From contig CM059432.1 in NCBI GenBank assembly GCA_030390025.1, positions 84,818,001-84,882,000 on the forward strand: 64,000 nucleotides of DNA. Reading direction: 5' to 3'. Both the position numbers and the translations under genes were made by a program. The notes beneath the pieces were generated by a model. That model was not told where the DNA came from and did no database searches. It worked only from the letters and a program-made list of their open reading frames with translations. Of this stretch, positions 33,911 to 47,017 are shown piece by piece. This stretch comes from Squalus acanthias (lineage: Eukaryota). Position 1 is the stretch's first letter, and each line of letters opens with the position of its first letter.

Positions 33911-36900
33911 GGGCTACAAATTGGGTATAGCCAAGAAAGTGGCAGTGTTAAGACTAAATGGGGGAAAAATTGGGTCGCGCCCCCTTTGGGGCACTAATTT
34001 CACCGGCGCACTACTTTTAGCGCCCCAAAAAAGTTAACGCCCCTGTGCCGGAAATGGAATGGTAGTGCCCCAAGCAGGAGGCGGGGCGTTACTGGAAGCA
34101 CCCCCCTCCCTCTTGGGGTGCTACCATTCAATATCACGGCGCTACATGCAACAGCGCTACGCGCGTCGGCATGTAGTGCCGCGGTATTGCAAACCTCCCT
34201 CCCCGATTAAAGAGGAGGGGCCTAGTGCAGCACGCACCAGGGCCCTGCTGGACCACCGGGGAGCGGCATGCCGGCAAAAGAGCCCGGCACTCAAGAAAGT
34301 GCCGGGCTGACCGATCGCAGCCGGCACCCTGCAGGAGAAGGCGAAAGAGGGCAGGTGCTGGCAGGCGGCCCTGCGCTGCCGTGGCCGTAAACACGGCACC
34401 CTGACCCTGTCGGACATAGCATCCGGCGATAGGTCAGGGGGCGCGAGCGAAGTTTGTGGCTGGGGCGCGAGCGGGGCGCTGTGCATGGCGATGATGTTAT
34501 CGCCGGAGGCACAGTGCCACAGAGCGCTACCGGCTACCGCCGCTGGTATTTTGTGCCCCGTTAGCGCCCCCTTGGGATGCTAACAGGAGGCGCAAAGCAA
34601 CCCAATTATTCCCCCAATGAGGTTAAGCTGCACCACCTGAAAATGGTCTAGTTAAGATGCAAAGTTTGTCCTCACTCTTCATTAACATGATTTTAGTCAT
34701 GATTTCAGCGCTAAATCTGCTGCTCATTGGTGTTACACTGAACAGATGGACCAATAGCGGGAACGGTCTAATCCACAGTCATGATAGCCACCAGCTTTTT
34801 CCACTACTTAAAGAGAAGGTGCATTCATGCTGCAGCACCTCATTGTCAGGCTGTTCAGCTGCCGCAACAGCACAGTGAAAAGGCGGACGGTGAAGCAACA
34901 CTTACAAGTAGTGATAGCAGAACATAGACAGAGGGAGAGAGCCCCTAGGTTCTCAGACGAAGCTCTCCAGGCATTGGTCTCCACGCTGGAGAGGAGGCGG
35001 GCAGTGCTATACCCGCAAACAGGCAGGAGGCCCTCGTCACACACATCCAAGACCATGTGGTGTGAGATCGCAGAGCCACCCAAGCTCCGACTGCTGCCAT
35101 TGTGGCTGGTTGCCCACCGTCAACTGGGCTTGCAGAGTGTCGCAGCAAGTCAGCAATCTATGCTGCAACAGATTGCTGGGAGTGCTGAGGCTCCGCCCCG
35201 GGGCAGTGACAGTAGCTCAGTGGAGCAGGAGCCTCTCTCAGGATGACGGTATTCCTCTTCCCACCACTGCCACTCTGCCATTGTCATTGCTGCTGCCTGT
35301 TAGCCAGCCAGCCCAGACTGCTGATGCCCATGCCAAGGTGGTGTAGTCTACAACTGGGCCTTCTCGGTCTGGAGCTACTCAAGGTTGTCCTGCAAGGCCA
35401 TCTGCAGTCTCCCTCGCTGAAAGTCTGCAGCCTTCCACCAGCCATGATGCAGCAACTGAGGGGGCACTTTGTAGGAGCACTAGAATAGGAAAAGCCACAC
35501 CAAAGTCAGTTACTAAGGGATTGCACCAGGGTGATTAGTTGATAGTATAATTGTAAATAAGTGTCTTGTGATTATTGATAAATGTATTAATTGTGTTTGG
35601 AATATTTTGTAGGGTGTCTCATTTCAGCTTTGAGCCCAGGAGAGCGATGTGATATTCCATGACACAGGGATGGTATGATGGGGATGTGGTGTGCAACGAG
35701 GATCTGGGGATTCATTCATTCGAATCGGAGTCTAATGAGCTGTTCACGGACAGATGGACGAATGGGTGCCTCCCTCCTCCCTCCTTCCTCATCCTCTTGC
35801 TCCACGTCCTTGTCCTTTTCCTCCTCTCCCTCATCCTCCTTGTCCTTGTCCTGAGGTGGTGGCACAATCCTTGCTGGCAAGGGCTGCGCCGTCATGATGG
35901 TCAAGTTGTGGAGGGTGCAGCAGACCACCACGAAATGGGACACCCGCTCCGGTGTGTAATGGTGGGCTCCTCCCGAGTGGTCAAGGCAGCGGAACCTTTG
36001 CTTCAGCAGCCCGATGGTCTGCTCGATGATGTTCCTGGTGGAGGCATGGCTCTCATTATAGGAGTGCTGGGCACGAGTGTTGGGGTTGCGGAGGGGAGAC
36101 ATGAGCCAGGTGGAGAGCAGATAGCCCTTGTCTCCAAGCAGCCAGCCGCGAGTTTGCTGTGGTGGCTGGAAGATTGCTGGCACGCTGGACTGATGCAGGA
36201 TGAAGGCATCATAGCTGCTGCTAGGAGGGTGGGCATTGACATTGAGGATTCGCTGTGCCTGGTCGCACACCAACTGCAGATTAAGTGAGTGATAGCCTTT
36301 GCGGTTCCGGAAGATCTCTGGATTGTTATACGGTGCCTGCAAAGCCACGTGTGTGCAGTCAATGGCGCCCTGCAACATGGGGAAGCCCGCTATCCTGGCA
36401 AAGCCACATGCATGCTTATCCTGCTACTCTCTGCTAAGAGAGAAACCAATGTAGTCCCTTCTCCTGGTGTTGAGAACCTCAGTTACCTCCCGGATGTAGC
36501 AATGGACGATAAACTGTGATATTAGCTATGCCTCCTGCTGCAGACTGGAAGGATCCGCTGGTGAAGAAATTGAGTGCCACGGTGACCTTGACTGACTGCC
36601 ACTGGGAGAGCTGTGGTTGCCTTGCTCTCAGGCTGCAGGTCTGGTTACAGGGGGTGGCAGTGTTCTGTGACCACATCCTTGCTGAAGCGCAGCCTCCTAG
36701 GACACTGCTCGTCGCTTAAGTAGAAGTAGGAGAAGTGCTGTTTGAAGACCCTAGGTGGGTAAGGCCTCCTGTTGCAAGCCCTCATGGCCCTCCTCCTCCT
36801 GCCTCTGCGCGCAGGTTCCCATCTTACTCGCTGCCTCCTCTCCCTCTGCGTAGGTCCTGGAGGGGGAGGTTGACTGCCACTACAGCCTCCATGACTGTGA

Positions 36901-37349
36901 GCAGAAGCCTTTTAAAAAATGTGGGACTTCTGCACTTGAATCAACACTCCTTGTTACCAAAAAACTTGAAGTAACTAAAGAAAGCTGTTTCAGTTACAGG
37001 AAGTAGCAAACAGCCACTGAAACTGCTGAACCATGTCAGGTGCAACTAATTGGGGATGGTGCCTTTAAATATCGCTGCTGCAGCCTGCTTCCTGCTGGGA
37101 CGACAGCTCTCCCTGTCGTTGTTCTGCACTGACGGTAAGTACAATGGCTAAATGCAATGTTGGAGATCGGGCGGCATGTGAACGTTACACACTCACTGAC
37201 ATCACGATCTGCCATTTAAATCTCCCTGTGCTAGTGTTTACCGGCAGCAGCTCAAAAATGGCCCGCACCGATGGAGAAGAATGCTGGCCGCCGTCTTTTG
37301 CCATTTCATGGCAGTAGCAGCTGGCGCTAAAGCTTCCAATTTCTCCCCC
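33911..37349 (-). mobile_element. Decayed Harbinger (Myb remnant on plus ~34915-35535; transposase on minus ~35716-36900)
   Basis: APRFSDEALQALV; GAIDCTH, GDKGY, IEQTIGLLKQRF; candidate ends GGGCTACAAATT and AATTTCTCCCCC; MITE nested near left end. Confidence 0.75.
33960..34615. mobile_element. Harbinger MITE of the same family as 5948-10097
   Basis: TIR GGGGGAAAAATTGGGT / ACCCAATTATTCCCCC, AAT TSD; subterminal sequences resemble both ends of the 5948 element. Confidence 0.88.
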
Positions 37350-38099
37350 AAAGGGCTTATATAGGTGACCCGCAAGAAAAATCTATTATGCTGTGCTTGA
37401 ACTCTGCACCATCAAAAATGTAACAGTTACATTTAGTTAGCGTACTCAGAACTGATTTTCAACTATGATGTGATGCAGGAAATATTGGACTTATTGTATC
37501 TTTGAAACTTTTAGGTAAGATGCAATGGGTTATAGTTTCCAGATTTGATTAGGAGGATCTTAGGTCAACTGCGCCAGCTGTCAAATTCTGATGTGCAGGC
37601 AAACCTTATGATTGCACTATTCCAGATGGGGTAATGCAGCGGTGCAGTAGGGAGGTTGGCTTCAACATCAGGAGATGGCAGCTGACAAAGGTGATCAGGC
37701 ATCCCCCTAAATAGATTGGAAGACTTATAAGTGTTAAGATTTGTGAAATTCAATTTAAATGGGAAACACATTTTAGGATAGGCAAGACACAAATATCACA
37801 TGCTGAGACATTGACCCTGAATTTCCTCGATGTCAGTTACGCTGTTGCTACGCCACTGTAGCACTGGAAAGTTATGCTGTTCACCAGCCCAGGGAGTTGC
37901 ACGCAAGTCTCCTCGTGTAAGTTAATTTAAATATTTCTGTGGTGTTTCTGGTGCAACTTGAATGTAGAAACTGTGTAAGGATTCCTGGCAAGATCCTGCT
38001 GGCCCAAAGACATCTGCTTTGCTGTCATCTAGTAGGATGGGTAGAAGAAGATAGGGCTGAGGTGCAGCCACTGCAGTCGATCAGTCAATGAAGGCTTCC

Positions 38100-38740
38100 T
38101 GCAGAAATGCCCTCGAATGTCCCTTGCCGTAGCGAGTGAGGACAAGGCCTGGTTTGCTTCAGACTAGCTGGACATCCTAGAAATGGAACCCTTTCCTATT
38201 TGCATATGTGGGCGGCTTCTTGGTTGCTGCTTTCAATGCCACATACATGGTATTGTGGCACCCTGCACCCTGGTGAATCCAGCTATCCTGTAGAAGTCCC
38301 TGGTTCTGTGCTGCTGCTGCCTAAGGCTAATCAAGAGTGGATGAATTCACTTACTCCATGAAAGAGGTTGTCCATCAACTGCACGATTCACGCCCTAACA
38401 GCTTCCTGGTTAATGTTGCACAGATCACCCTGTGGCAGCCTGGAAGGATCCAGAGCCATAAAAGTTGAGGGCTGTTGTCACTTTAATTGCCATGGACAGA
38501 GCAGTTGCGTCAAAGGAGTGAGTCTGCAAATCTTCATGATGAAGTTGGTAGATGCCCAATGGCATCCTTGGAAAGGCAAAACATTCATATATACAACTCC
38601 TCGAGAGGTTCTCGCAGGACTGCTGTGGCCTGTACACACGTTGGGGAGGATCCTATCTGGTGGGTTACATCCTCGGCCATGCTGCCTGATTCTCCTGGTC
38701 TTGACACGCTGCTGCTGCAACTCTTCCTCCATTATGATGG
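38100..38740 (-). mobile_element. Old Harbinger transposase remnant
   Basis: AIKVTTALNFYGSGSFQAATG in ORF 38425-38637; boundaries approximate. Confidence 0.6.
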
Positions 38741-38954
38741 CATAGAGCGGTTTGCCTTTGGGGAAAACCATCCCTTGTCCAAAGTTAATCGAAGTGTGGG
38801 TTTGGGGGTGCGGGAAGTTGGGGTCCGAAAAAAAATTCTGAAGAGAAGAAAGCACTACAGTAAAATGAACTGCAGGTGTCAGTGATCAAAAATGTAAAGG
38901 AAGTGGTTAAAATAATTTCATTGGTAACCTGTGTTCAGTAAGTGAAGTTGGCAC

Positions 38955-39270
38955 CCTCTGCTCTCTCAGGTGGACGTAAAAGATCCCATGGCACTATTTC
39001 GAAGAAGAGCAGGGGAGTTATCCCCGGTGTCCTGGCCAATATTTATCCCTCAATCAACATAACAAAATCAGATTATCTGGTCATTATCACATTGCAGTTT
39101 GTGGGAGCTTGCTGTGTGCAAATTGGCTGCTGCGTTTCCTGCGTTTCCTACATTACAACAGTGTCTACACCTTAAAAGTACTTCATTGGCTGTAAAGCGC
39201 TTTGAGACGTCCAGTGGTCAAGTAAGGCGCTATATAAATTCCTTTCTTTCTTTTCTTTTTTTTTCTTTCT
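38955..39270 (+). mobile_element. Deu-domain SINE, 3' part
   Basis: tctcaggtggacgtaaaagatcccatggcactatttcgaagaagagcagg...aggcgctatataaat. Confidence 0.8.
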
Positions 39271-39459
39271 CTCTCACCAACTCCTCATTTCCACTAGTCT
39301 TAGGTGCTAGGATCAGCTATTACACTGGGGGTTTTTTGGGTGTAAAATGACACTGATTGTAGGAGCAGCATAAACCCAGGAAACTTCCCTGTAACTGAAC
39401 AGTGGGGGACGTCAATGTCAAGAGTGGCTCAGTAGCACCACTACTGGTGCCTGTGGCAG

Positions 39460-41678
39460 GTGGTAAGAGAACTAACATGAGGGAAAAACCTACTTTCCCT
39501 CGTTCTCACCAATCTACCTGTTGCAGATGCATCTGTGTATGACAGTATTGGTAGGAGTGACCTCCGCACAGTCCTTGTGGAGACGAAGTCCTGTCTTGGG
39601 ATAGATTCAGAACAGATCTAGGAGCTCAAAAGTGGGCATCCATGAGGGGCTGTGGGCCATCAGCAGCAGCAGAATTGTATTCCACCACAATCTGTAACCT
39701 CATATATCCCTCACTCTACCATTACCATCAAGCCAGGGGACCAACCCTAGTTCAATGCGGAGTGTCGAAGAGCATGCCTGGAGCAGCACCAGGCGTACCT
39801 AAAAATGAGGTGCCAACCTGGTGAAACTACAACACAGGACTACATAAATGCTAAACAGCGGAAACAGCATGCTATAGACAGAGCTAAGCGATCCCACAAC
39901 CAACAGATCAGATCAAAGCTCTGCAGTCCTGCCACATCCAGTCATGCATGGTGGTGAACAATTAAACAACTAACCGGAGGAGGAGGCTCCATGAACATCC
40001 CCACCCTCAATGATGGTGGAGCCCAGCACATGAATGTAAAAGACAAAGCTGAAACATTTGCAACTGTCTTCAGCCAGAAGTGCCGAGTGAATGATCCATT
40101 ACAGCCTCCTCCTGAGGTCCCCACCATCACAGAAGCCAATATTCAGCCAATTGGATTCACTCCACATGATATCCAGAAATGGATGAATTCACTGAATACA
40201 GCAAAGGCTATGGGCCCCCAACAACATCCCGGCTATTGTGCTAAAGACTTGTGCTCCAAAACTAGCTGCGCCTCTAGCCAAGCTGTCCCAGTACAGCTAC
40301 AACACTGGCATCTACCCGACAATGTGGAAAATTGCCCAGGTATGTCCTGTCCACAAAAAGCAGGACAAATCCAATCCAGCCAATTACCACCCTATCAGTC
40401 TACTCTCAGTCATCAGCAAAGTGATGGAAGGTGTTATCGACAGTGCTATCAAGCGGCATTTACTCACCAATACCCTGCTCACTAATGCTCAGTTTGGGTT
40501 CTGCCAGGATCACTCGTCTCCAGACCTCATTACAGCCTTGGTCCAAACATGGACAAAAGAACTGAATTTCAAAGGTGAGGTGAGAGTGACTGCCCTTGAC
40601 ATCAAGGCAGCATTTGACCGAGTGCGACATCAAGGAGCCCTAGTAAAATGGGAATCAGGGGGAAAACACTCCACTGACTGAAGTCATACTGAGCACAAAG
40701 GAAGATGGTTGTTGTTGTTGGAGGCCAATCATCTCAGTCCCAGGACATCGCTACAGGAGTTCCTCAGGGCAGTGTCCTAGGCCCCACCATCTTCAGCTGC
40801 TTCATCAATGACCTTCCCCCTATCATAAGGTCAGAAATGGGGATGGTCGCTGATGATTGCACAGTGTTCAGTTCCATTCACAACTCCTCAGATAATGAAG
40901 CAGTCCATGCCCACATGCAGCAAGACCTGGATGACATTCAGGCTTAGGCTGATAAGTGGCAAGTAACATTCGCTCCACACAAGTGCCAGGCAATGACCAT
41001 CTCCAACAAGAGAGTCCAATCAATGCCCCTTGACATTCAATTGCATTACCATTGCCGAATCCCTCACCATCAACATCCTGGGGGTCACCATTGACCAGAA
41101 ACTTAACTGGACCAGCCACATAAATACTACAAGAGCAGGTCAGAGGCTGGGAATTCTGCGTTAGTGTCTCACCTCCTGACTCCCCAAAGCCTTTCCACCA
41201 TCTACAAGGCACAGGTCAGGAGTGTGATGGAATACTCTCCACTTGCCTGGATGAATGCAGCTCCAACAACACTCAAGAAGCTTGACACCATCCAGGACGC
41301 ACGTGACTGCAGTGTGTAACATCTACAAGATGCACTACAGCAACTCGCCAAGGCTTCTTCCACAACACCTCCCACACCCGCGACCTCTACCACCTAGAAG
41401 GACAAGGGTAGCAGACACATGGGAACACCACCACCTGCAAGTTCCCCTCCAAGTTACACACCATCCTGACTTGGAAATACATCGTCGTTCCTTCATCGCC
41501 GCTGGGTCAAAATCCTGAAACTCCCTCCCTAACAGCACTGTGGGAGTACCTTCACCACATGGACTGTAGCGGTTCAAGAAGGCGGCTCACCACCACCTTC
41601 TCAAGGGCAATTAGAGATGGGCAATAAATGCTGGCCTTGCCAGCGACGCCCACATCCCAGGAATGAATTTTTAAAAAA
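39460..41678 (+). mobile_element. LINE family B, copy 3 (longest)
   Basis: ORFs 39991-40947 with RT motifs; same 3' terminus as copies 1 and 2. Confidence 0.88.
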
Positions 41679-41849
41679 TTCAACTATACGTTAATCACTC
41701 CTTCTTAAATGACGTGCAATTATATTTATATGAAGACACAAACACATGAATGTACAAACAGATGCATGGCCCATAAATGAGCAGCATTTCTGTAAATTCG
41801 AATCTTATAATCTGAAAATTACAAGTCACTTGCAGAGACTCCATGCCAG

Positions 41850-43885
41850 CACATACAAACATATGAAAGTGACAGACAGGAAAAGACCATCTGGTTAATC
41901 TAGCCTGCCCCACAGAGTCGTGATGCTTGAACAACCCTAACCCATGAGCAGCCATGTAATCTCCTGGGAGAGGGGGGAAAAAACAGATATAACACCCCAT
42001 GGCCAATTAGGGGGGGAAATCTGAAAAATTCCTCTCCCAGTTCCTTTGGCTTATCAAAGCTAGTCCAGGACACCACGTTGACCATGCTTATATTACCATT
42101 ATTTACGTTTTATCTAATGTGATCTCTGTCCCAGCCAAGAACTGGGCCAGCTCTCTTTTGAATGTATGCAGAGAGTCAGCACTCACTGCATTAGTCGGCA
42201 GCTTGTTTCATAAGTCGTCTATCTTCTGGGAAAAGAAGAACTGCTTAACATCTAACCTAGTCTTACTCTTGTATAACTTATATGAATGAACCCTAGTCTT
42301 TCCCACTCCATAAAATTGAAATAATCTATCAATAGGAACACAATCTAGGCCTTTAACTATTTTATATACCTCTATCAAATCACTCCAAAGTCTACGGGCT
42401 GGATTTTGTCAATGGGGAGCTTTTGGAGGCGGGACTCCAACTTGTCGGGTTTCAGTCCCGCCTCCATCAACTTCTGGCCAACCCACGCTATTTTCCCTTG
42501 ATTGACCTTGTTAAGCCCGCCCAGCGGACTTAGCTGGCCAATTAAGGGAAAGCCGGTTACAGAGAACGTCAACGTATGACGTTTCATCTGTCAAAAATTT
42601 TTGACAGATGAATTGTCAGCGTTTGACAGCTCTGTGAAGCTGTCAAACACTGACACTCTCTGTAGTTTGATGAGTTCTTGAATTGAAGACCTCGTCAAAC
42701 CTCTTTCAATTGTAGAAATTAGATGGTTGCTGCATTGGAGAATGCAACGACCATCTGTCATCTCTGCCGCAGAGGTGCGAGACTCTCCGCATACCCACCG
42801 ATTGAAGCCTGCAGGAAGAAACAAAGGTAAGTACACTTTTTCTAACACTTTGCACTTACCTCAGATACTCACCTCTCCACACTTGCACCCATCACTCACC
42901 TCCACAGCACACTTTTGGACCCCTCCAACCCCTGCAGACCCACTACTCACCTCGGTGACCCTGGCGGATTTCGGAGCCTTTGGGAAGCCCGCACTTGTGT
43001 GGGCAAAATGGTAATAATCTTATTTTCTGCCTGTTAACTACCTGTTAACAGGCAGTTAAGTGGCTGTAACCCCTTCCCGCCTCCAAGGAGATGGGATTCG
43101 ATGCGGGACGGCTACCTGCCTCCTGGGAAGAAACCATGGGGGCGGGTTGGGCACCCGCCCCCAAATTCTGCCATTTTCCCGGCAGTCCCGCCTCCAAACC
43201 CGCCTCCCCAGGGCTGGCAAAATCCAGCCCTACATATCTCTAAAGTGAATAGATCCAGCTTTTTAAGCCTATCTGAGTAACTAAGTTTGTTTAAGCTGGG
43301 AATCATTCTTGTGGCCCTCCTCTGAACCTTTTCCAAAGCTTCATATCACCCATCATATAAGGGGACCAAAACTGGACATAATATTCTAAATGTGGTGCAA
43401 CCAAGGCCTTGAAGAAGGAGAAAATGGTGTGCTTTGTTTTATACTGAATAGTCCTATTAATACCCTATTTGCTTTGGCTATGGCTTCTCAGCATTGGTCA
43501 TGACCTTTAAAGAATTATGAACTATAATGCTAAGTTCTTTTCTCTCTCAACTGATTTCAGATCTGTTCCATGTAAACCTGGCCAAATGCATAACACTGCA
43601 GGTATCTAGGCTAAATACTATTTGCCAGGGTTTGGCCATTTCTCCAGCAATGGCACTAACACAGCACTAACCTGTGAGACACCTCTAGTAACCAGTTTCC
43701 AAGCAGATCCACAGCCATTAATAACAACTTTCTGCCTATGAGTATGCAGCCAATTCTTAATCCATTGTAGCAACTTCCCACTGATTCCACAAGATTCTGA
43801 CTTGTAGAGTAACCTATTGTGAGGTACCTTATCAAGGCTTTCTGAAATCCAACTAGACAATGTCTACTGGGATACCCTCATCCAC
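41850..43885 (-). mobile_element. Old CR1 3' part interrupted by a MITE
   Basis: DKVPHNRLL (43618-43860), EKVQRRATRMIP (43112-43336); continues left of 42396. Confidence 0.75.
42396..43230. mobile_element. Harbinger-type MITE (835 bp)
   Basis: Perfect 13 bp TIR GGGCTGGATTTTG / CAAAATCCAGCCC with TAC TSD. Confidence 0.9.
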
Positions 43886-43928
43886 TAAATATTGCACTTA
43901 ACTACTAAAAACAAAAAGACATACTTAC

Positions 43929-44027
43929 ATTTAAAGCTGTTAGCGGTGCATATAGTATCTTTCTGTCCTCTTTTATGAGTTTTCTGATCTTAAGTGGACA
44001 TTGCAAATATGTGAAATTGTATTCATT
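43929..44027 (-). CDS. TRPA1: TRPA1 internal exon (C665/K671 equivalents), 99 bp
   Basis: tatacag|AAT...AAT|gtaagt; NEYNFTYLQCPLKIRKLIKEDRKILYAPLTALN vs human IEYNFKYLQCPLEFTKKTPTQDVIYEPLTALN; preceded by an 84 bp intron. Confidence 0.95.
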
Positions 44028-44111
44028 CTGTATAATAAAATAATATGGAGTTAGAGGTATGTAATCAATATAACTTAGCTGACCACAGATTCAGATAAAA
44101 TGCTCACTTAC

Positions 44112-44171
44112 TGAGAAGTTTATACTTGTCCTGTCTTCTGATGATTCTGTCATACATTTGTCCAAAAGGCC
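44112..44171 (-). CDS. TRPA1: TRPA1 internal exon (C641 equivalent), 60 bp
   Basis: ttttaag|GGC...TCA|gtaagt; GLLDKCMTESSEDRTSINFS vs human VLLDFCMLHSTEDKSCRDYY. Confidence 0.92.
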
Positions 44172-44769
44172 CTTAAAATAAATGCAAAAGCCTCCTAAAG
44201 ATAGCTGTAACATTTTCAAGGTAACATTATGACACACCCATGAAGAAACTAAACCTGTCAGAAAGATTAGAGCAAATAGATTATAAATGAAAGCAATGAA
44301 AAAAAAAGAATTCTAGACAAGTGTGATATGGGGGTGGGGTGGGGGGGAGTCAATTAGATAGGGTGGAATAATAAAGTCGAAATCTTAGACAAACTTGATG
44401 TTGAGCAAGAGGGGAGGAAAAGGAATGGTTAGAATATTATATATCTCAGATGGAGTCAATTGTGTCAATGTCACAGAATCACAAAGCAGGCTTATTATCA
44501 GTTTGCATTCAATTCATCTGCAGATGTTCAACTATTTAAAACTCCACTATGTAGCACAAGACCAAAATGTATACCGAATATGGCTCTGATGCATGGTTCC
44601 TAAATTCATCTTGAAGCTAATGTGTGTGAAATAAACTACTTCGGTATTTAAAAAAATTTTAGAACACTTTTTTCTGCATAATAGTTTTAAATGAATAAAA
44701 ACACAGAGCACATTCCAAAGCAGGGAGGAAAGTAACAAATTCAAGGGTGCGATTTTCCATTATCAAGTT

Positions 44770-45224
44770 TGTTCACACATCACCCCTGTGCTCGCTGACC
44801 TTCTTTGGCTCCTGGTCTGGCATCACCTCAAATTAAAAATTCACATCCTTATGTTCAAATTCCTCCATGGCCTCGGCCCTCCCTATCTCTGTAACCTACT
44901 CCAAACCTACAACCCACTGAGATCTCTGTGCTCTTCCAATATTGGCCTCTTGTGCATTCCCGATTTCCATCATCTCACCATTGGTGGCCGTGCCTTCAGC
45001 TGCCTAGGCCCTAAACTCTGGAATTTACCCCCTAAACCTCTCTACCTCTCTCTCCTTGTTTAAGAAGTTCCTGAAACTCTAACTCTTTAATCAAGCTTTT
45101 GGTCACCTGTCCTAATATTACTTTATGTGGATCGGTGTCAATTTTTGTCTGATAATGCTCCTGTGAAGCACCTTGGGATATTTTACTACATTAGAGGCGC
45201 TATATAAATGCAAGTTGTTGTTGT
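44770..45224 (+). mobile_element. L2 LINE 3' fragment
   Basis: HITPVLADL.WL...LAPPYL-like...GGRAFS...LWN is typical of the L2 ORF2 end; tail aggcgctatataaatgcaag(ttg)n. Confidence 0.85.
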
Positions 45225-46571
45225 TATCAGCAAGATTCCTGCCAGAAATGGACTCCACTGAGTGGCCAGCCCATTTTCCTGGGTTGGGTTAATTACTACT
45301 ACTCTATTTTGCAGAGTTCACAGCATGTTGCAGAATTTGCCTCGCTGCACCATCTTAGAGACTGGTCAGCAACTTCCTAACAGAGATAAGTGTTGAAACT
45401 GCAGAGGCACCAATATTGATACGCACCTCTTCTGAAACTCTAACAGGGAGGAGCAGGAAGCAGCAGAACTGGGCAAAGAAAGCAACCAGCTGATCTCAGC
45501 ATTCATACTGCCGGCTCCCAAAAAAGAAAGAACTTTGACATCTCCTCCATCAAAGCAATGACCCCGGGAGGCAGATCAAGGGAAGAATGGAAGGAATATG
45601 TGAGAGTGCACCAAGTCCTGCCCACTCCCTGTCATTTACACGTGGAGGAGAAGGCCAACAACATGTGGTGTCATTCACCCACAAGAGGGTGGGTGGAAAA
45701 TAAATGGGACATTTCCAGGGGTGGGAATTCAGTGGAGGGCCACTCCACATCGTTTCCCTCCTTTACATGCCCAGGACTATCCAAAAATGGATGTAAAATC
45801 TTGCCCCATCTCTGCTTTCAAATTACATGCAGTAGATGATGATTTTCTGTTAAACTCCTGGCTGTCTTTACTATGCAGCTTTCTTTTCTACTTTTTAACC
45901 TCAATCCCAACAGACATGTCAGATTGTAAGTCTTTAATAAAGAAACTTTACAGGTAGATTTTCAATTTACCATCCGGGCATTAAACTGACATTGCGGATT
46001 GGATGCTCATTATAGAAACTGCCCAATTTTAATTTCCATTAATCATTTACACACATAAATGAGAGCAGCCCTGAGGATATTCCCATTGACAAATCTATGA
46101 CCCTTTCATATCTTGTAACCTATAAAGTCTGGTAGAACTGCCATAGGTTCTGCCAGGACCTGGATACACCAGCTCCCAGACTGACCCTGGAGTATCTTGT
46201 GGGCTTTTTTAGATGCTGAGCCTTCACCTGCCAATGACATGGATAGGCATGGCCAAGGGTGGGGACTTCCTCAGCTGGGAATGCCTGCATCCCGGCCTCA
46301 CATGGGCCCGGTGTAATTCTGGAGTCCAATATACTGCTGGGAGAAGTAACATATCCAAAGAGGTAAGGATTTAAATCAAGCAGCCACCTTTGCACAGAGG
46401 CCGCTGGGCATAGGTTGGCATTTCCGAGGGGGCACCCGAAACCATCCCAACTCAATGTTCGATGCATCTAAACGAAGGTGGGTGTCTGAAATATACCTCT
46501 AGAGATTCAGGTGCCCGCTCAGCTCGTTCAAATAGGGTGACTACCCCACTGACCCTGGATAATCTAGCAAG

Positions 46572-46669
46572 TGACTTCACATGAGGAAGGGGCAATCGAT
46601 AGCTCCGAAAGCTTGTGATTTCAAATAAAACTGTTGGACTATAACCTGGTGTTGTGCGACCTCTCAATT
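46572..46669 (+). mobile_element. Solo ~98 bp Penelope pLTR piece with a variant hammerhead
   Basis: Matches ~30457-30548; flanked by 12 bp direct repeat TAATCTAGCAAG (46560-46571, 46670-46681). Confidence 0.85.
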
Positions 46670-47017
46670 TAATCTAGCAAGCTCATTGGTCGAGGTCACT
46701 GCTGTGTGTAATCTTAGCGTAACGCCAGGATCCTGTCCCCCAAGTAATCTTAGACTCACCAATCTTGTGAATATTGTAAGGAATGAATGGATTAAGCATA
46801 TAGATACTTCTGAAAAATTTCAGTTTCCTTTTGGTTAATTAACTAAAACAAAATTCTGTACTTATAGAAGAAAACTACATTCCGCCTTTCGGGGAACCAA
46901 ATCTAGCTATCAGCAACAAAATTACCTGAAGTGATTTGTTAAAATCAATACAACCAGTCTAAGTTGTCTAACTTATTTACACTGCATTTCTTACAAACAT
47001 TACAGAAATTAACTTAC

